A DNA stretch of 54,597 bases, filler included, from Jimgerdemannia flammicorona (GCA_003990765.1; 3 parts of 3 records of this genome joined end to end with filler, not necessarily neighbours in it), one strand, 5' to 3'; positions 26,563 to 39,529 are shown, counted from the whole stretch's first letter. Made by a program: numbers and translations. The notes: generated by a model from the letters alone, not told the origin.

Positions 26563-29500
26563 TCAATCATACTTTTCTAAACAAGAACTTAATCACTAAT
26601 TTTAATCTTCTAATCTTTCTATTTTTAGTCATAGTACTTCTTTTGTCTTTTCTGAATCTTAATTATCTGAGCTCAGGTTTAATTATATAATTATTTTACT
26701 TTTTTGAGTAGGTTTCCAAGATTCTCATAATCAGTAGTTCTGGTTTTCTTAGTAAATATCATTTTGAATAGCTTTTGTTTAGTAGATATAGCAGGGGTGT
26801 TCTAAATTTCCCATAGGATCTCAAATAGACAGAGATTCCAATTAATAGAATTTATTTAAATAAGTCCTTTCTTGATGATTCAGTTCATTTGTTCTATCAT
26901 TTTATTGATCTAAAGATAGTAGAACATAGTCTTCTTCAGGTGGATCTTGTGAATTTATATATAACTTATAATTATATTATTAATAAATTCTATATCTCAG
27001 TCAGAGATAAGTTCTTCTAGAGATCTATATCAGAATTTAAGACTATAGAGAAAACCAATAAATCAAGACATTAGTAATTTCTATTGAAAAAACTTTAAAC
27101 TATTTGATCAGATATCCTAAAAATACTATTTCTTCTTAGTATAACTAATAGAGAGTTCAATAATATCTACTTCTCATTTTTGGAAGATGTGGACTAATAG
27201 TATAATTAGTTATAGTAGTGTCTGATAGTTCTTCTTTCCTCAGTACTTCTGTCAGATATTATATCTCTTGAGTATATTTCTAACTTGTATTCAGAGTTTG
27301 GATTAGTATTAATATATTATTTATATATAACTTCTCTTCTATATTTGTCTATTCTTAATAGACTTTCTGATATTCTTGTCAGATGAGATCTTTTTGTACT
27401 TTAGTAGTCATAGAAACTTTTTTTAGAGTATAGTTTCTGAATATGTCTTTTTTCTAGTTTATTGGAGTTAGTAAGAAAGTATATTAATATTATTGTAAGC
27501 TTTCTCTACTTTGTAGATAATGGTGATTTTGTAATCTTATAGAATTACAATTTAGTGGATAAGAATTCCAGTAGGTTTCTTATAATTAAATAGTTATTTG
27601 AGAGTAGTATGGTCAGTTATTACAGTGAATTTTTTTTTAATAAGATAGTGCTTAGACAGAGTGACCACCCATATAACTATAAGATATTTTAATTTAGTAT
27701 TATTATAGTTGGCTTACTGCTTATTGGTAGCTTAGCTTATATAAACTATCACATAATACTACTGGTCAGATACTTCTTAGGCTAAGACTGCTCTGAGACC
27801 ATCTTTAAAATATTAATATACAAGATAACTGGCTTCTGCAGATTGGGTCACATAAGGACTGATACTGTAGTCATATAGTATTTAAGTTCTTTGAAGGCTA
27901 GTTTTTGTGGTTTCTTCTATTTATATAGTATTTTTTTTCTTAAGAAGAGTTCAAATTAGTATAGTAATCTGAGTAAAGTTCTTGATAAATCTTCTATAGT
28001 AAAATACTAGCATTAGAAATAATAGTATTTCTTTTAGACTTTTGGATACTGGCTAGTTATTAATCTTCTCAGTTTTCTTTAGATTTGCATAAGTTTATTT
28101 TTTAGAGACTATGAATCTAAGAAATTTGAGTTTCTGTTTTTCAAAGTAGTATTTATTAGCATTAAGTCTTAGATGGTTTTTTTGAGTAAGTTGGAAGAAC
28201 TCTTCCAGATATTATAAATATTCTTTGAAATTGGCTGAACAAATGTTGAAGTCATCTATATAGACAATTAGACAATAGTGAATAAGAGGAGCATAGACTG
28301 AGTTCATTATTCTCTAGAAGATTGGGAGAGTGTTGTAGAGTCTAAAGAGTATTTAGAGATATTTAAATAGTTTTCTAGAGTGAGGAAAGCTGTTTTTGAA
28401 TATTCTTAGAGTTTATGAGAATTTTATAGAATTCTGTAAAAAGGTCCAAACTGCTGAAGTATCTGATATTCTATAGTTGATCTAGAAGATTATTGATTTA
28501 GAATAAGAGATAAGTATTCTTTTCTATTACTAAGTTGAGTTTTCTATAATCTATATAGAGTCTCTATTCTCTTTTATTAAGTATAATAAGGATAGAGCTG
28601 ACCCAGAGGTTAGTGGAGAATTAGATGATTCTATTATCTAAGAGTTTCTGAATATATTCTTTCTCAAATGTCTTTAGATAGTAGGGTATTCTATAAGACT
28701 TCTGTTAGAGGATATTACATTTCTTATATTTATGCTATAGTAATATAATGAGTTATATGGCAGATTGTTATAGTCTGTGATAAAGTTATCCTGATATTTA
28801 TAAAGAAATTCTACTAGTTGCTACTGCTATTGAGATATTAGTTCTTCTCTAATATTGGTAAAAGATATTACATTCTCCTAAGTTATAAAGAGGTATTTTC
28901 TTTCTTCTGAGATCTTTTACTATTTTCTGATAGGTTCAATTCATAGAATTCTCTGTGTGTCTGATTAAGATAGAGTACTAGATAGCCTATAATAGTTTCT
29001 TTTAACAGAATGAGGTTGTCCTAACTTTGATTGGTTGCTTGGAAATATAAAGATTTCATTTTGTTAGAAAATATGTATCCTTCTATATCAAGGTTTTTGA
29101 GATCTTTATTTGGTTTAAAGAAGAAGTTTCTAGGGTCTAGTGGTATAAAGATTTTGAAGATAGTCTGCTCTTCTGGTTCTAGGATAAGGTTTTTGAGGAG
29201 TTTCACTGATTAATAGTATATTTATTGAAGTATATTCTTCTTAAGATAATTGACTTAAAGGAGATATATATCCTTTCTATCTAAGCTTTTAAGGCCTTTG
29301 GTCTATCTCATGCCTTGGATTAATTCAGAGACTTTCTGAAGTTAGAGTGTCTCAACCTTCATAAAAACAGCTTGAGAAATTTTCTCTCCTCCATAGATTC
29401 AGATTTATTTAATATTACTATTTTTCAAGATGACATTGATTTTACCTATATATCTAGAGTCTATTATTTCTCCTTTTATAGTAATTTCTTGTTTTGTAAA

Positions 29501-29771
29501 TTTAGATCTTGAGATTAGTTAAATATAAGTTCTTTGAGATAGCTATATAGTAAGTTCTATACTAAGAAGTACTATACTTCTAAAGTTGATAGTTTCATCT
29601 TAGTGACTACAAAAATCATAGTCTATATCTTCTCTATGGGCTTTCATTAAGGATCTGACTTCAGGGTACAGTAAGATATACTGTATAATATCTTTACTGA
29701 GTACAGATTATCCTTGAGCTAAGGCTTCTATAGTTATAAGTCTCTAAGTTCTAATATTGAGATATAGCTAT

Positions 29772-31240
29772 TGTCACATAGTGGTCACTGAGTCCTTCAA
29801 ATATACCAGATTCTCTTCAAGGTGTATCTCTTAGACTAACTCAAGTTTGTTATAAGCAAGTTCTTATTGGAGTTCCTTCCTAAGGTCTTATAGTCCTCAA
29901 ACTTCTTATTTTTAACTGTCTTGTTATCTCTTAGATTGCTTGCAAGGAAGTGTGTATATTATACTAAGAAGACTGTCTTTATTTCAGAGAAAATAAGAGA
30001 GGTATTTATACAAAATATAATTCAATAGTTGCTAAGATATAGAGCTAAATATAAATTCCAATAGCTAAAACTACTAAGTTCCAGAGTTGGTACTGATGGT
30101 TGTACAGGTTCAGGATACTGGTATAATTTGATGTCACATCAGAATACCAGTGCTGGCATTATTCAGTGTAACAAAGAACTTAGAGTAGAAAGTTCAGGAC
30201 CATGGGGGCTTCATCCTTATCATCAGAGGTCGGGATATCTTCAAAGGAGATGAGGTCCACAAATTCATCATATAGGTTGCATGTTTCACATATGTCAAAG
30301 TCACATGGGATGATGTCATTGCTGATGACATCATCATGTTCGGTGGTGGGGAAATCAGGGGCTCTCCAATCTATGAGGTTCTCTTCCACAAAATAAGGAA
30401 CAAATGTGGGGTCTTAGAGAGGTCTAACCTGGATACTTGGGCCTTGGAATACTGAGATCAATCCTTGCAGGAATTGGTCTGGGTTGTCCTGAAGGATGGG
30501 ATGCCAGAAGTCTTCTACTTTATCACTATTGAGGGTGATAGTGAACTGGGCTTCTGTAGCCACCCTGGCTTCTAGTGCATTGATATGGTGGGATGATAGG
30601 TCTCTGAAATCTGAGACTCTAACATACTCCAAGTTGGAGATTGACCATGGTGCATGCCTGAAGATCTGATGGATCTTCTTAGCCATTCTTGCCTTGCGTA
30701 TATCCATGGGAGTAATATCTTGTAGCTCTTGAGGGCTAGCCTGTGGGAACTCCCAGTAGAGGAGGTTTCCTATTTCATACTCCTGCTACATTTGGAGGTA
30801 TTCGGTAGCAATAGTGATCCTCATTTTCATTTCACAGCAGTAGAGAATGAAGTGATAAGGGTCTGCAGTACTCAGGTCGACACTAGGAGTCCTTCTTGAG
30901 CAGGTTCTCATAGCTCTTCTGATGTCTTGGAACATCCTTTCTTCAACTGAGGTACCTTGGTGGTTCCTTGACCTTGAGGTTTGGTGGACAGCAGGCATTT
31001 CATTTGTAGTAAGTCTTTGAGCTATTTTGGGATTGGTGGGTCTTGTTGGTTACTGCTACTGCAGTTCTTTGATCCTTCTTTTATATTTTTCAAGATACTC
31101 ATACTGTGGTCACAATGACTCACAGTTAGTCATCATTGCTCATCTTGTATGCCATATGATCTCCTTGTGCTCTGATCTGGTGGCTTGCAAGGAAAGACTG
31201 TCTCCTGTGCTGATGTCATCATTCTGGGATCACCATTACA
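29772..31240 (-). repeat. 3' LTR of copy A (~1.47 kb) with PPT at 31241-31250
   Basis: The minus strand reads AGGAGGAAGA|TGTAATG ... TGTGACA. TATAAATA at 30003-30010 and AATAAA at 29978-29983. The same block flanks both ends of copy B. Confidence 0.8.
30180..30998 (-). pseudogene. LTR (U3)-encoded ORF of unknown function, ~272 codons with two premature stops
   Basis: Track ORFs 30786-30998, 30414-30707 and 30180-30389 share one frame and are separated only by TAG/TAA (CAG/CAA>T). Upstream TATAAAAG at 31078-31085. Homologous relics occur in all four LTRs. Confidence 0.75.
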
Positions 31241-31553
31241 TCTTCCTCCTGAATAAGGATCTTCTCAAGTATCCTTATTTATTGGTCCAGTCCTGAAAAA
31301 TTTGCTGATCCCATAACCTCTAGCAAGGGGTCGAAAAGTGGTATTTATGGGCTGGCATCTTCTCTTTGTATTTTGGCATAATGGTGAAGGGTTGCTCCCT
31401 TCATATAGAGCAAGGACCTGATTCTGATCTTGACTAATCAGTTGACAGTTCAAACTCCACTGACTTTGAAAGTCTCACAGATGAGTAGTTGCCAGTGCTG
31501 TATCCCTTAGAGAATGGTCCAGACAGATAGCCTGCTGGTCATGGGACATGCTG

Positions 31554-34500
31554 TTACGATTCATGGACTAGAACCTCATGGGCAGTCATCACATTTTGCT
31601 TCTCTTGTATAGGTTTGTGGTACTTCTTGAGTCTGTTCCTGTATACCATAGTAGGCAGTATGGTCCCTAAGATTTTTCTAAGCCAGAAGGTAGTTCCCTT
31701 GATATCTTGCATGTAGAAGGGTCCTTCCCATTTGGGCTCCAGTTTTCGTGACCATGAGGCTTCTACCATATTTCAATACAGTAGAACCTTTTCTCTGATT
31801 CGGATGGGTTCTAGGGCCTTGTGATTCTTTTTCGCATTCTTCCCTGTCAGCATTTGTGACTTGATGATGTAATCTTCAGCCTTCTTCCTGATCTGGTGTA
31901 GTCTCCAGATTTCTGCATCAATCCATCTCCAAGTTAGATCTAGATTTGTGGCTGAGGTTCCATCAGAATCTTCTTCTCCAAAGAGCAGTTCTCTTGGGGT
32001 AAAGTGTATGCTCTGTGACCATATGTCTCATAGGACAGAGAGGGTGGTTGGGAGATAGTTATCCCAATTCTTATATGTCTCTGAGATTTTCGCTAGAATG
32101 TTCTTGAGGGTTTTGTTGGTTCTCTCTGTCTGTCCATTTCCTTGAGGGTGGTATGCAGTGGTCTTGATGTGCTGGATCTTGTATTTCTGATACATTATCT
32201 TGTGGAATCCATTGATGAATTCTATGCCACAGTCTGTTGTGATTTACTTTGGTGTCTTGTAGTGGCAGATGATTTCTTGGTGCAGGAAGTTGGCTATAGA
32301 GAGAGCATTGGCCTCTTGTAATGCTCCTGCCTCTATCCATTTGGTGAAGAGGTCTACAATAACTATAATATAGCGGTTTCCTGATAGTGTTACTGGTAGT
32401 GGCTCAATGATATCCATTGCAATGTAGTAGAAGAGGATAGACTCAATTCTTGATAACCCAGGTACCTGGTCTTGCTAATCTTGTTTCTGTTTTTGGCACT
32501 TGTCACACCCTTTGACAAATTGGCACAAGTCTTCTTCCATCTTAGACCACTACATAGTTCTTCTTGTCTTATCATATGTATTGATTCCTCCTAGGTGTCC
32601 TTGCTCATGTACTTCCTTCATTACTTAATAGTTCTTGTGTTTGAGTATTACTAGCTTTCCTCCTTTTCTGAGTATAGTGTTGTCTAATTCAAACTGTTTC
32701 CAAGTCCAGTTGATGATGGTGATTGTCCAGGGTTTGAGGTGGTTGGACATCTTCTGCTGCCCAAGATAGCTGATTAATCCATAGTATAGCTCCTTATTCA
32801 TGTTGAATAGTCCTGATGGGGGTATTTTGGGGTATCCTTGAGAGTATATCAGCATTGGTATTGGTCTTTTCTGAGTAGTGTTTGACAGTACAGTCATACT
32901 CTTGCAGTCTGTAGATCTATCTGGCATATATTCCTTTGGGGTTCAGAGTGTAGAATAGCCAGGCAAGAGTGGAATGGTCTGTTTGAATGGTGAAGTATTT
33001 CCCAGCTAGGTAGTAGTGGAACTTGTCTACTGTCCAAACTACTGCTAAGCATTCAAGCTTGCATGACTCATAGTTCTGTTCTGCTCTATGAGTATCTCAG
33101 CTTGCATAGGAGATGACATATTTATGTCCATCTTTCTTCTGAGCTAGGACTGCTCCAAGTCCTATAGTACTTGCATCTGTCTGCAGGATGAATTCTAGGT
33201 TCCAGTCTGGTCTTCTGAGGATAGGTGCTTGGGTCAACCTGATCTTGAGTTCATTGAAGGTTTCTTGGTACTCTTTGGTCTATTCGAATTTTGTTTCCTT
33301 CTTCAGTAGCTCATAGATAGATGCTGTGATGTTGGAGTATCCTTTGATGAATCTTCTGTAGTAGCTAGCCAGTCCAAGGAAGGCATGGACTTCTGTAGTT
33401 GTTCTGGGTCTTGGGTAGGCTACAACAGCCTCGATCTTTATAGAGTTTGTGTGGATTCTGGTCTGGTTGATGAGATATCCTAGGTAGGCGATTTCTTGAG
33501 CTGCAAACTTACATTTCTTGGACTTGATGTAGAGGCCATACTCCTTGAGCTTCTTGAGGGCTAGCTGTATGTGATTGATATGTTCCCGTACAGTGTTGCT
33601 GAAGATGATCATATCATCAACATAGACAAAGAGCCATTTTCCAATCTCATTACTGAAGACTCTGTTCATTATTCGCTAGAAACTTGCTGGGGCATTGTAC
33701 ATTCCAAATGGCATTTGCAGATAGATATAGGTGGCATCAGGTATGATGAAGGCTGATTTCTCACTGGCATCTTGAGTGAGACCAATTTGATGGAAGCCTG
33801 AGAACAGATCTAAGGTGGTGTAGTATTTGGCTTTGCTTCTAAGGGTGGTAAGGATTTCTTGAATATTCAGCAAGGGCTGCCTATCCTTCTTGGTGATGGT
33901 ATTGAGCTTCCTGTAGTCAATGCAGAGTCTTGGTGCAAACTCTCCAGGTTTGCTTCCTTTCTTTGGGGTGAGGACAATGGGTGAGGCCCAGGGGCTGATA
34001 GCTTGCTTGATGATTCCAGCTTCTTCTATTTCCTTGAGTTCTGCTTGCAGCCATTCTCTGTAGGCAGGTGGTATGGGTCTGGCTTTCTGGTAGATAGGCT
34101 TGGTATCACCAGTGTCAACTTCATGATAGTACTTGGGTTCTTGATTATGGATATCTCTAAAGTCTGTAGCAAGTACTCCTTTGTTCTGGTGCAGGATCTT
34201 GAGAAGTTGTTCCTCCAGGGGAAAGTTTTCTCCAATGATATATGTGTGCTTGTTCTGGTCCTTGTCTTTCTTATACTCAAGTTCAGTAATCTTGGTGGCA
34301 GTATAGGCTCTTCTTCCAGTAGATCCAAAGCCTTGTTCTCCTCTCTTGGTCTTGATGAGTTTGATGGCTTCTATGATCTTGGGCTTCTTGATTTTGTGGA
34401 TCAGCATCTGGCCAATCCTGTCATGCTTCTTGACTTTGAATGGGGTGGTGGGGTTGTGATTCCTGACTATGAGGAAGATCTCACCAGTGTAATCAGGGTC

Positions 34501-36360
34501 AATTACTCCTCCTTCAACTGAGATTTCGCTTTTGGTCAGACTGCTCCTGGTCTTGATAATTCCAGTGTAGTTCTCTGGTAGCTTGACTCCAATTCCAGTG
34601 CCAAGTAGGGTGGTGGTCTGTGGTTTAAGGATAGCATCTTGAATGCTGGCAAGGTCCATTCCTATGACTCCTTCAGTCTTGTATTCTGGGATCTTGGCTT
34701 CAGGGTGAAACTTCTTGACCTTGAGGGTGATGTCTGATTCTTATTCCTCCTCATCATTACTATCAGCTTGAAGCTCTGGGGGCTGGTCATCTTCTTTGGC
34801 TTTTCTTTTTGCTTTGGCGGCTTCTTGCTTGTGTTTCTATTGATGGATTTTCCTAACTTCACTGATACAGGACCAGCAGTCATTCAGGTGTTCAGAGCAG
34901 TACATTCTAGTACCATGGAGGCATCTTCCTTGAGAGGTATAGCCATTGATGATCTTGTTGTACCACTGCTCATCTGTGAGCTTGGGTGTCTTGTTCTTGT
35001 TCTTGTTCTTGTTCACTGAGTACATGAAGACCTCTGTGTCCTCTTCATCTTCTTTCTCCATATCTGGTAGGACTCCTTTGTGAACATTGATAGAGACTCA
35101 TATCTTTCTTCCTCTATAGTTGATCTGCATCTTCTGAGCATTGAGGTCAATGATGGCCTTGGCCTTGTAAAGCCATTGGTTGCCAATGAGGATGTCATAG
35201 TTAGTGGCGCTTGTAACAATCATGTCTACTGGGATGGTAGCTCCTCCTATCTTGATGGGGACTTCTCAGATTTTGCCAAGGGGGGTAGCTCATGTACCAT
35301 CTGCTGTAACATAGACCATCTTGGTGGACTCTTCAATGTCCCAGCCTAGGCAGTTGATTGCCTTCTTGCTTATGAGGCATCCTTCAGCACCGGTATCAAT
35401 AATGGCATCAAAGATATAGTCCTCAATCTGGCAGGGGGTATAGGCTGATGTCTTGCACTGATCTTCGGATTCTTCACCTGAGTTCTCAGATTCTTCCTGT
35501 ACATTGTGAGCTTCTACAATCTTGTACTCTTGATTCTTGGCAGTAGTTGCAAGTCCTACTCTCAACTGCTGTCTGAAGGCAGGGACTTCGGCTAGTTGTC
35601 CAAAAGTAGCATTGACCTTCTGTTCCTTGAGGTCCTTGTAGATATCATACTGGTGGATCTTGGTCTTGCACAGCTTCTGTTCCTTCTTGCTTTCACTTTC
35701 TCCTGAGACTGGAGTAGTGCCTTCAATGATTTGGCAGGCAGCTTTATCTAACTCCATGTCTTAATCAATCTTCTCTGGTTGAGTCTTGCTTTGAATAGTG
35801 ACAGCTGGGGTCTTCTTTGGTCTTCCAACTGGCTTGCTGTTGCTCTTCTTATCATAGGGCTTGGACTGGGTTCTGGTACCTTCAGTAGCAGGGTAGAATT
35901 CAAGCTCCTCATAGTATTCTTCATCATCAGTATCACCAATCTCCTCGATGACTACTGCATTGGTTTGTTCTCTGGTTCTGCCAGCATTGCTTGGTTGGGC
36001 TTTGCATCTTGTTTCAGTCATACAACTCTTTGCATAGTGGCCTTCTTCTCCACATCTGAAGCATGTGATATTGTGTTCTTCTGTAGTGACTGCAAATCTC
36101 TGCACTGGTCTCCTATTGGTGCTTTGGACTTCTCTAACAACATCACTAAGGTGTGCAGTCATCTTAGTGAACTGCTTGGCAAGTTCTTCCACTGGGTCAG
36201 CTTTGGCTGTCTTGGGAGTAGGTGGGGTTGGTTGTCTGTTTACAACTGTGGTGGGTATGATACTAGTTGGCTTTGATGGCTCCATCTTGATACCAGTTAT
36301 TTTCTCCATTGAGTGTTCGGCAGGGTGTCTGGCAGTCCAATATCTCTGTGCAAAGACCAC
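31554..36360 (-). pseudogene. gag-pol polyprotein of copy A with scattered nonsense codons
   Basis: Track ORFs starting at 36360, 35757, 35061, 34659 and 33669 are in one frame. The TAA at 35761 is CAA in copy B. Confidence 0.88.
34315..34731 (-). other. Trimeric dUTPase domain between protease and RT
   Basis: All five motifs are recognisable: GMDL, RSSL, GGVIDPDYTGEI, DRIGQM, RGEQGFGSTG. A decayed homologue lies at ~44045-44460. Confidence 0.93.
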
Positions 36361-36368
36361 TTTCTGAT

Positions 36369-36468
36369 NNNNNNNNNNNNNNNNNNNNNNNNNNNNNNNN
36401 NNNNNNNNNNNNTTAATTAATTAANNNNNNNNNNNNNNNNNNNNNNNNNNNNNNNNNNNNNNNNNNNN
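36369..36468. other. Assembly gap with TTAATTAATTAA linker
   Basis: N runs with the linker at 36413-36424. Confidence 0.97.
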
Positions 36469-36909
36469 TTTCCAAATTAGACAATTAAATGTTTACATCA
36501 ATAACTTGATGAATAATCATCCAAATTTGATGATCTTGGTGTCATTTGAAAGCCCTTAATAAGGCCTATCTAATGATACCAAGAACATTGAAATCAGATC
36601 ATGCGTTGCTGAGTTATGAAGGAAAACGTCTGAATCACCGATTTGGAAATTTCGTCAAATGGAACGTTTTCCTTAATATCTCGGCAACACGTAATCCGAT
36701 TTTAATGTTCTTGGTATCATTAGAAAGGCCTTATTAAGGGCTTTCAAATGACACCAAGATCATCAAATTTGGATGATTATTCGTCAAGTTATTGATGTAA
36801 ACATTTAATTGTCTAATTTGGAAATCAAAACAATGGTTGATTCGAATCCGATTCGAATCCGATTCGAATCCATCCGAATCCCATCCGGATTGACTCGTTC
36901 GGAGCACTA
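36469..36909. mobile_element. Palindromic MITE family 1 copy 2 (inverted relative to copy 1, left end in the gap)
   Basis: Ends GACTCGTTCGGAGCACTA. The central spacer is the reverse complement of that in 9945-10521. Confidence 0.85.
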
Positions 36910-39529
36910 GAAATAACTAATAGAAAATTAGTCAATTAATTAAATCTTATTATAATAGAAGATATAGATATAAAAGAATTATAGATAAATTCAGAAAAAA
37001 TTCTTATTATTATAATATACTAAATTTTAAATTTATAAGTCCAACTAGATAACTAGAAAACAAAAGAACTATATTTTATAATATATAACTTATTTTATAG
37101 TTATATCTATTAGTTTTAAGCTACTTAAGCTAGATATCTTCAATAGTCACTATAAAGAACTATTTCTAATATCTGAATCTTCTAAATAGATCAATACTTT
37201 GAGCTAATAAAATTGAAAAAAGATATATAAGTTTAATTTATCACTATATTTCTCTGAGAAAATATAACTATCTAGTAATATAATTATATTATAATTATCT
37301 TTATCTATTGAGAAATAAGAATTGAAAATTAGAAAATATTCAAAGAGATCCTCTATAAGTAGTTTAAGCTTATAAATACTATTAAGCTAACTAAAAAATA
37401 AACTAGTAAATATCAAATAACTCAAGTTTGTACAAAGTAATAATACATATATATATAATTTCTATTAATTCTTTTAAAACTATCTGATATTATAAAAGAT
37501 GAGAAGATAGACTACTATATCTAAAGCTTAAAAGAGAATATATAAGTTAAGATTAAACTAGAGAAATTAAGATTTCTTAGAAGCTATGAGAATTACTAAT
37601 AGATTTGATATTATTATCTATAGTTACTACTTTGAATCAAAATACTATAAAAAGAATCACTTTAAAAACTATTACAAAAACTAGCTCAAAAATAGACTAT
37701 ATTTTAGAACTTATTTAGTAGGAGGGTCTTGAGTCCTAGATCTATATTAGAACTTAGCTGCTATTCTAGTAAAAAATATTATAACTATCTCTATCTAAGT
37801 TATAGATATTATATATAGTTATTAAAGAGTATAATTTATATTATTAATAAATATTTAGACTAGTAGTGAATTGTATTTTTTTTTTAGTTAACTCTATATT
37901 CTATATTGATAATATTGATAAATATCTCAATATTACCTTTCTACTAAATATTAAAATTTATAAAATCTTAATAGATTTATTCTATTTTACAATTTATCTA
38001 ACTATTTTTACTAGTACTGCTATCTATAGAATATATAAGAGCTTGAATCTGACTATTAGTTATTGTGATTATTGGTGATAATACTATGAGAGTTAACTCT
38101 TCTAATAAGAGATCTGCCTAGTATAGTTGAGATACTATATAACTTAGAGTTGCTTGGTTTTTAATAAGAAGATTAAATAAATTTACAAGGTTAGATAGTC
38201 TAAATCTCTAAACAAATAACTGATCTTATTCAGATATCTGGAATTCTTAACTCTTTTAGTCACTAAGAGTAATTAGTTAAAATATTTCTAGATCTATAGT
38301 TTCTTATTAACTATTATCAGATTGATAACTTTCTAGATCTTTCTCAGAGTTACTATCTTGATAAGTATAGATATTATAGTGCTGACTTAGTCTTTTAAAA
38401 AGAATTTCTAATTCTTGTTAAGTAGTTAGTCTTACTTCTTATTCTAAAGTCTATAGGAGTGAGTCTAACTATTCTTATTAATATCTTATTATTAAGTTTA
38501 TATAGTAGATTACTACTTGATAATAGAGTGATATTTAGATTAAAGTAATATAATATTAATCTAATTTAATCTACTTATCAATAGATATTTATACTATAAT
38601 ATTAAAGATATGACTAAAGAATTTCTAGATGGTTATAATAGTTAAATCTAGATTCTTAGTAGTACTAGTATAACTTTGAATAAAGGTATTAAATCTATAA
38701 TAGCTGTAGATATTCCTAAGACCTAGGTAATAGTTTCTAAATATATATCTTATATAGATTCTAGTAGATTTGGATTACTAGCTATTAATTAAGATCTTAA
38801 TTAATATTTTCTTAATTCTAACTAATCTTAATAGCTATTGTAAGATAGGTTCTTATTTATAGATCAACTTTTGAATTATTTACAATTAGTTCTGAGTTTC
38901 TCCTATCTAAAATTGAGTCTTGATTCTAACTTACAAAAGAGTCTTAATATTATCTTAGTTTGGAATTCTATTACTATTAAGTTGTAATAATACTTATTAT
39001 TATCTCAAACTTATCTTTGAATAACTTAGATAATAAGATATTACTTAGAGACTTAATATATGAATATATCAAATTATTTATTTACTTAGTTATACTAAGA
39101 TTGAAGAAGTATAGTTTCTTTATAATAGAATAAAGATATTTCTCTTCTTTAGTAACTATAGTTATAAGAGACTTATTCTTTTTATATATATACTAAATCT
39201 CTTATAATTCAGATTTAAAGAAGTTTTTTTTTTTTAATTTATATATTAGTTCTCAGTTTGACAAAATTTAGTTATACTTCTAAAGTTTAGTTAGAAATAC
39301 TAAAATAACTTAAATATTATTACAAAAAAACTTAAATATATATATATATAGGAGAGACTTTTTATATTTTATACTAAATTAAGAGCTGATTTATTTTGAA
39401 TATAATTTTTAAAATATTTATATATATTGGCTAAGTAATATATAGTTCATAGATTTTGACTAAGTATATATAACTACTCTATTTATTCTATGAGCAAATA
39501 TACTATTTATATTCAGAACAACTAACTAT
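36910..39529. other. Extremely AT-rich hypermutated relic, possibly an old plus-strand RT element
   Basis: CT/AG-only residual composition. Possible FYADDI relic (FYIDNI, ~37900) and FRYLG relic (~38230). Weak. Confidence 0.35.

Larger units (their letters stand above)
23510..29771 (-). mobile_element. Heavily decayed Ty3/Gypsy element (second family), interrupted by the retrogene and by Gypsy copy A
   Basis: RT motif CLIVYIDDFN at ~28245-28275. Integrase C-terminal relic (IKISD*VLV*KSMIE / INFATKLEPKW) on both sides of the retrogene. Left boundary is uncertain. Confidence 0.7.
29772..36368 (-). mobile_element. Ty3/Gypsy LTR retrotransposon copy A (gag-PR-dUTPase-RT-RNaseH-IN, 3' LTR), 5' end lost in the gap
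   Basis: CCHC knuckle CFRCGEEGHYAKSC, protease IIDTGA, RT YVDD, integrase end KLEPKWEGPF. Domain order RT before IN is Ty3/Gypsy. Confidence 0.95.

Noticed and set aside
35758..35763. Programmed gag/pol stop read-through
   Set aside because: The TAA is CAA in copy B, so it is a C>T lesion in a single gag-pol frame.
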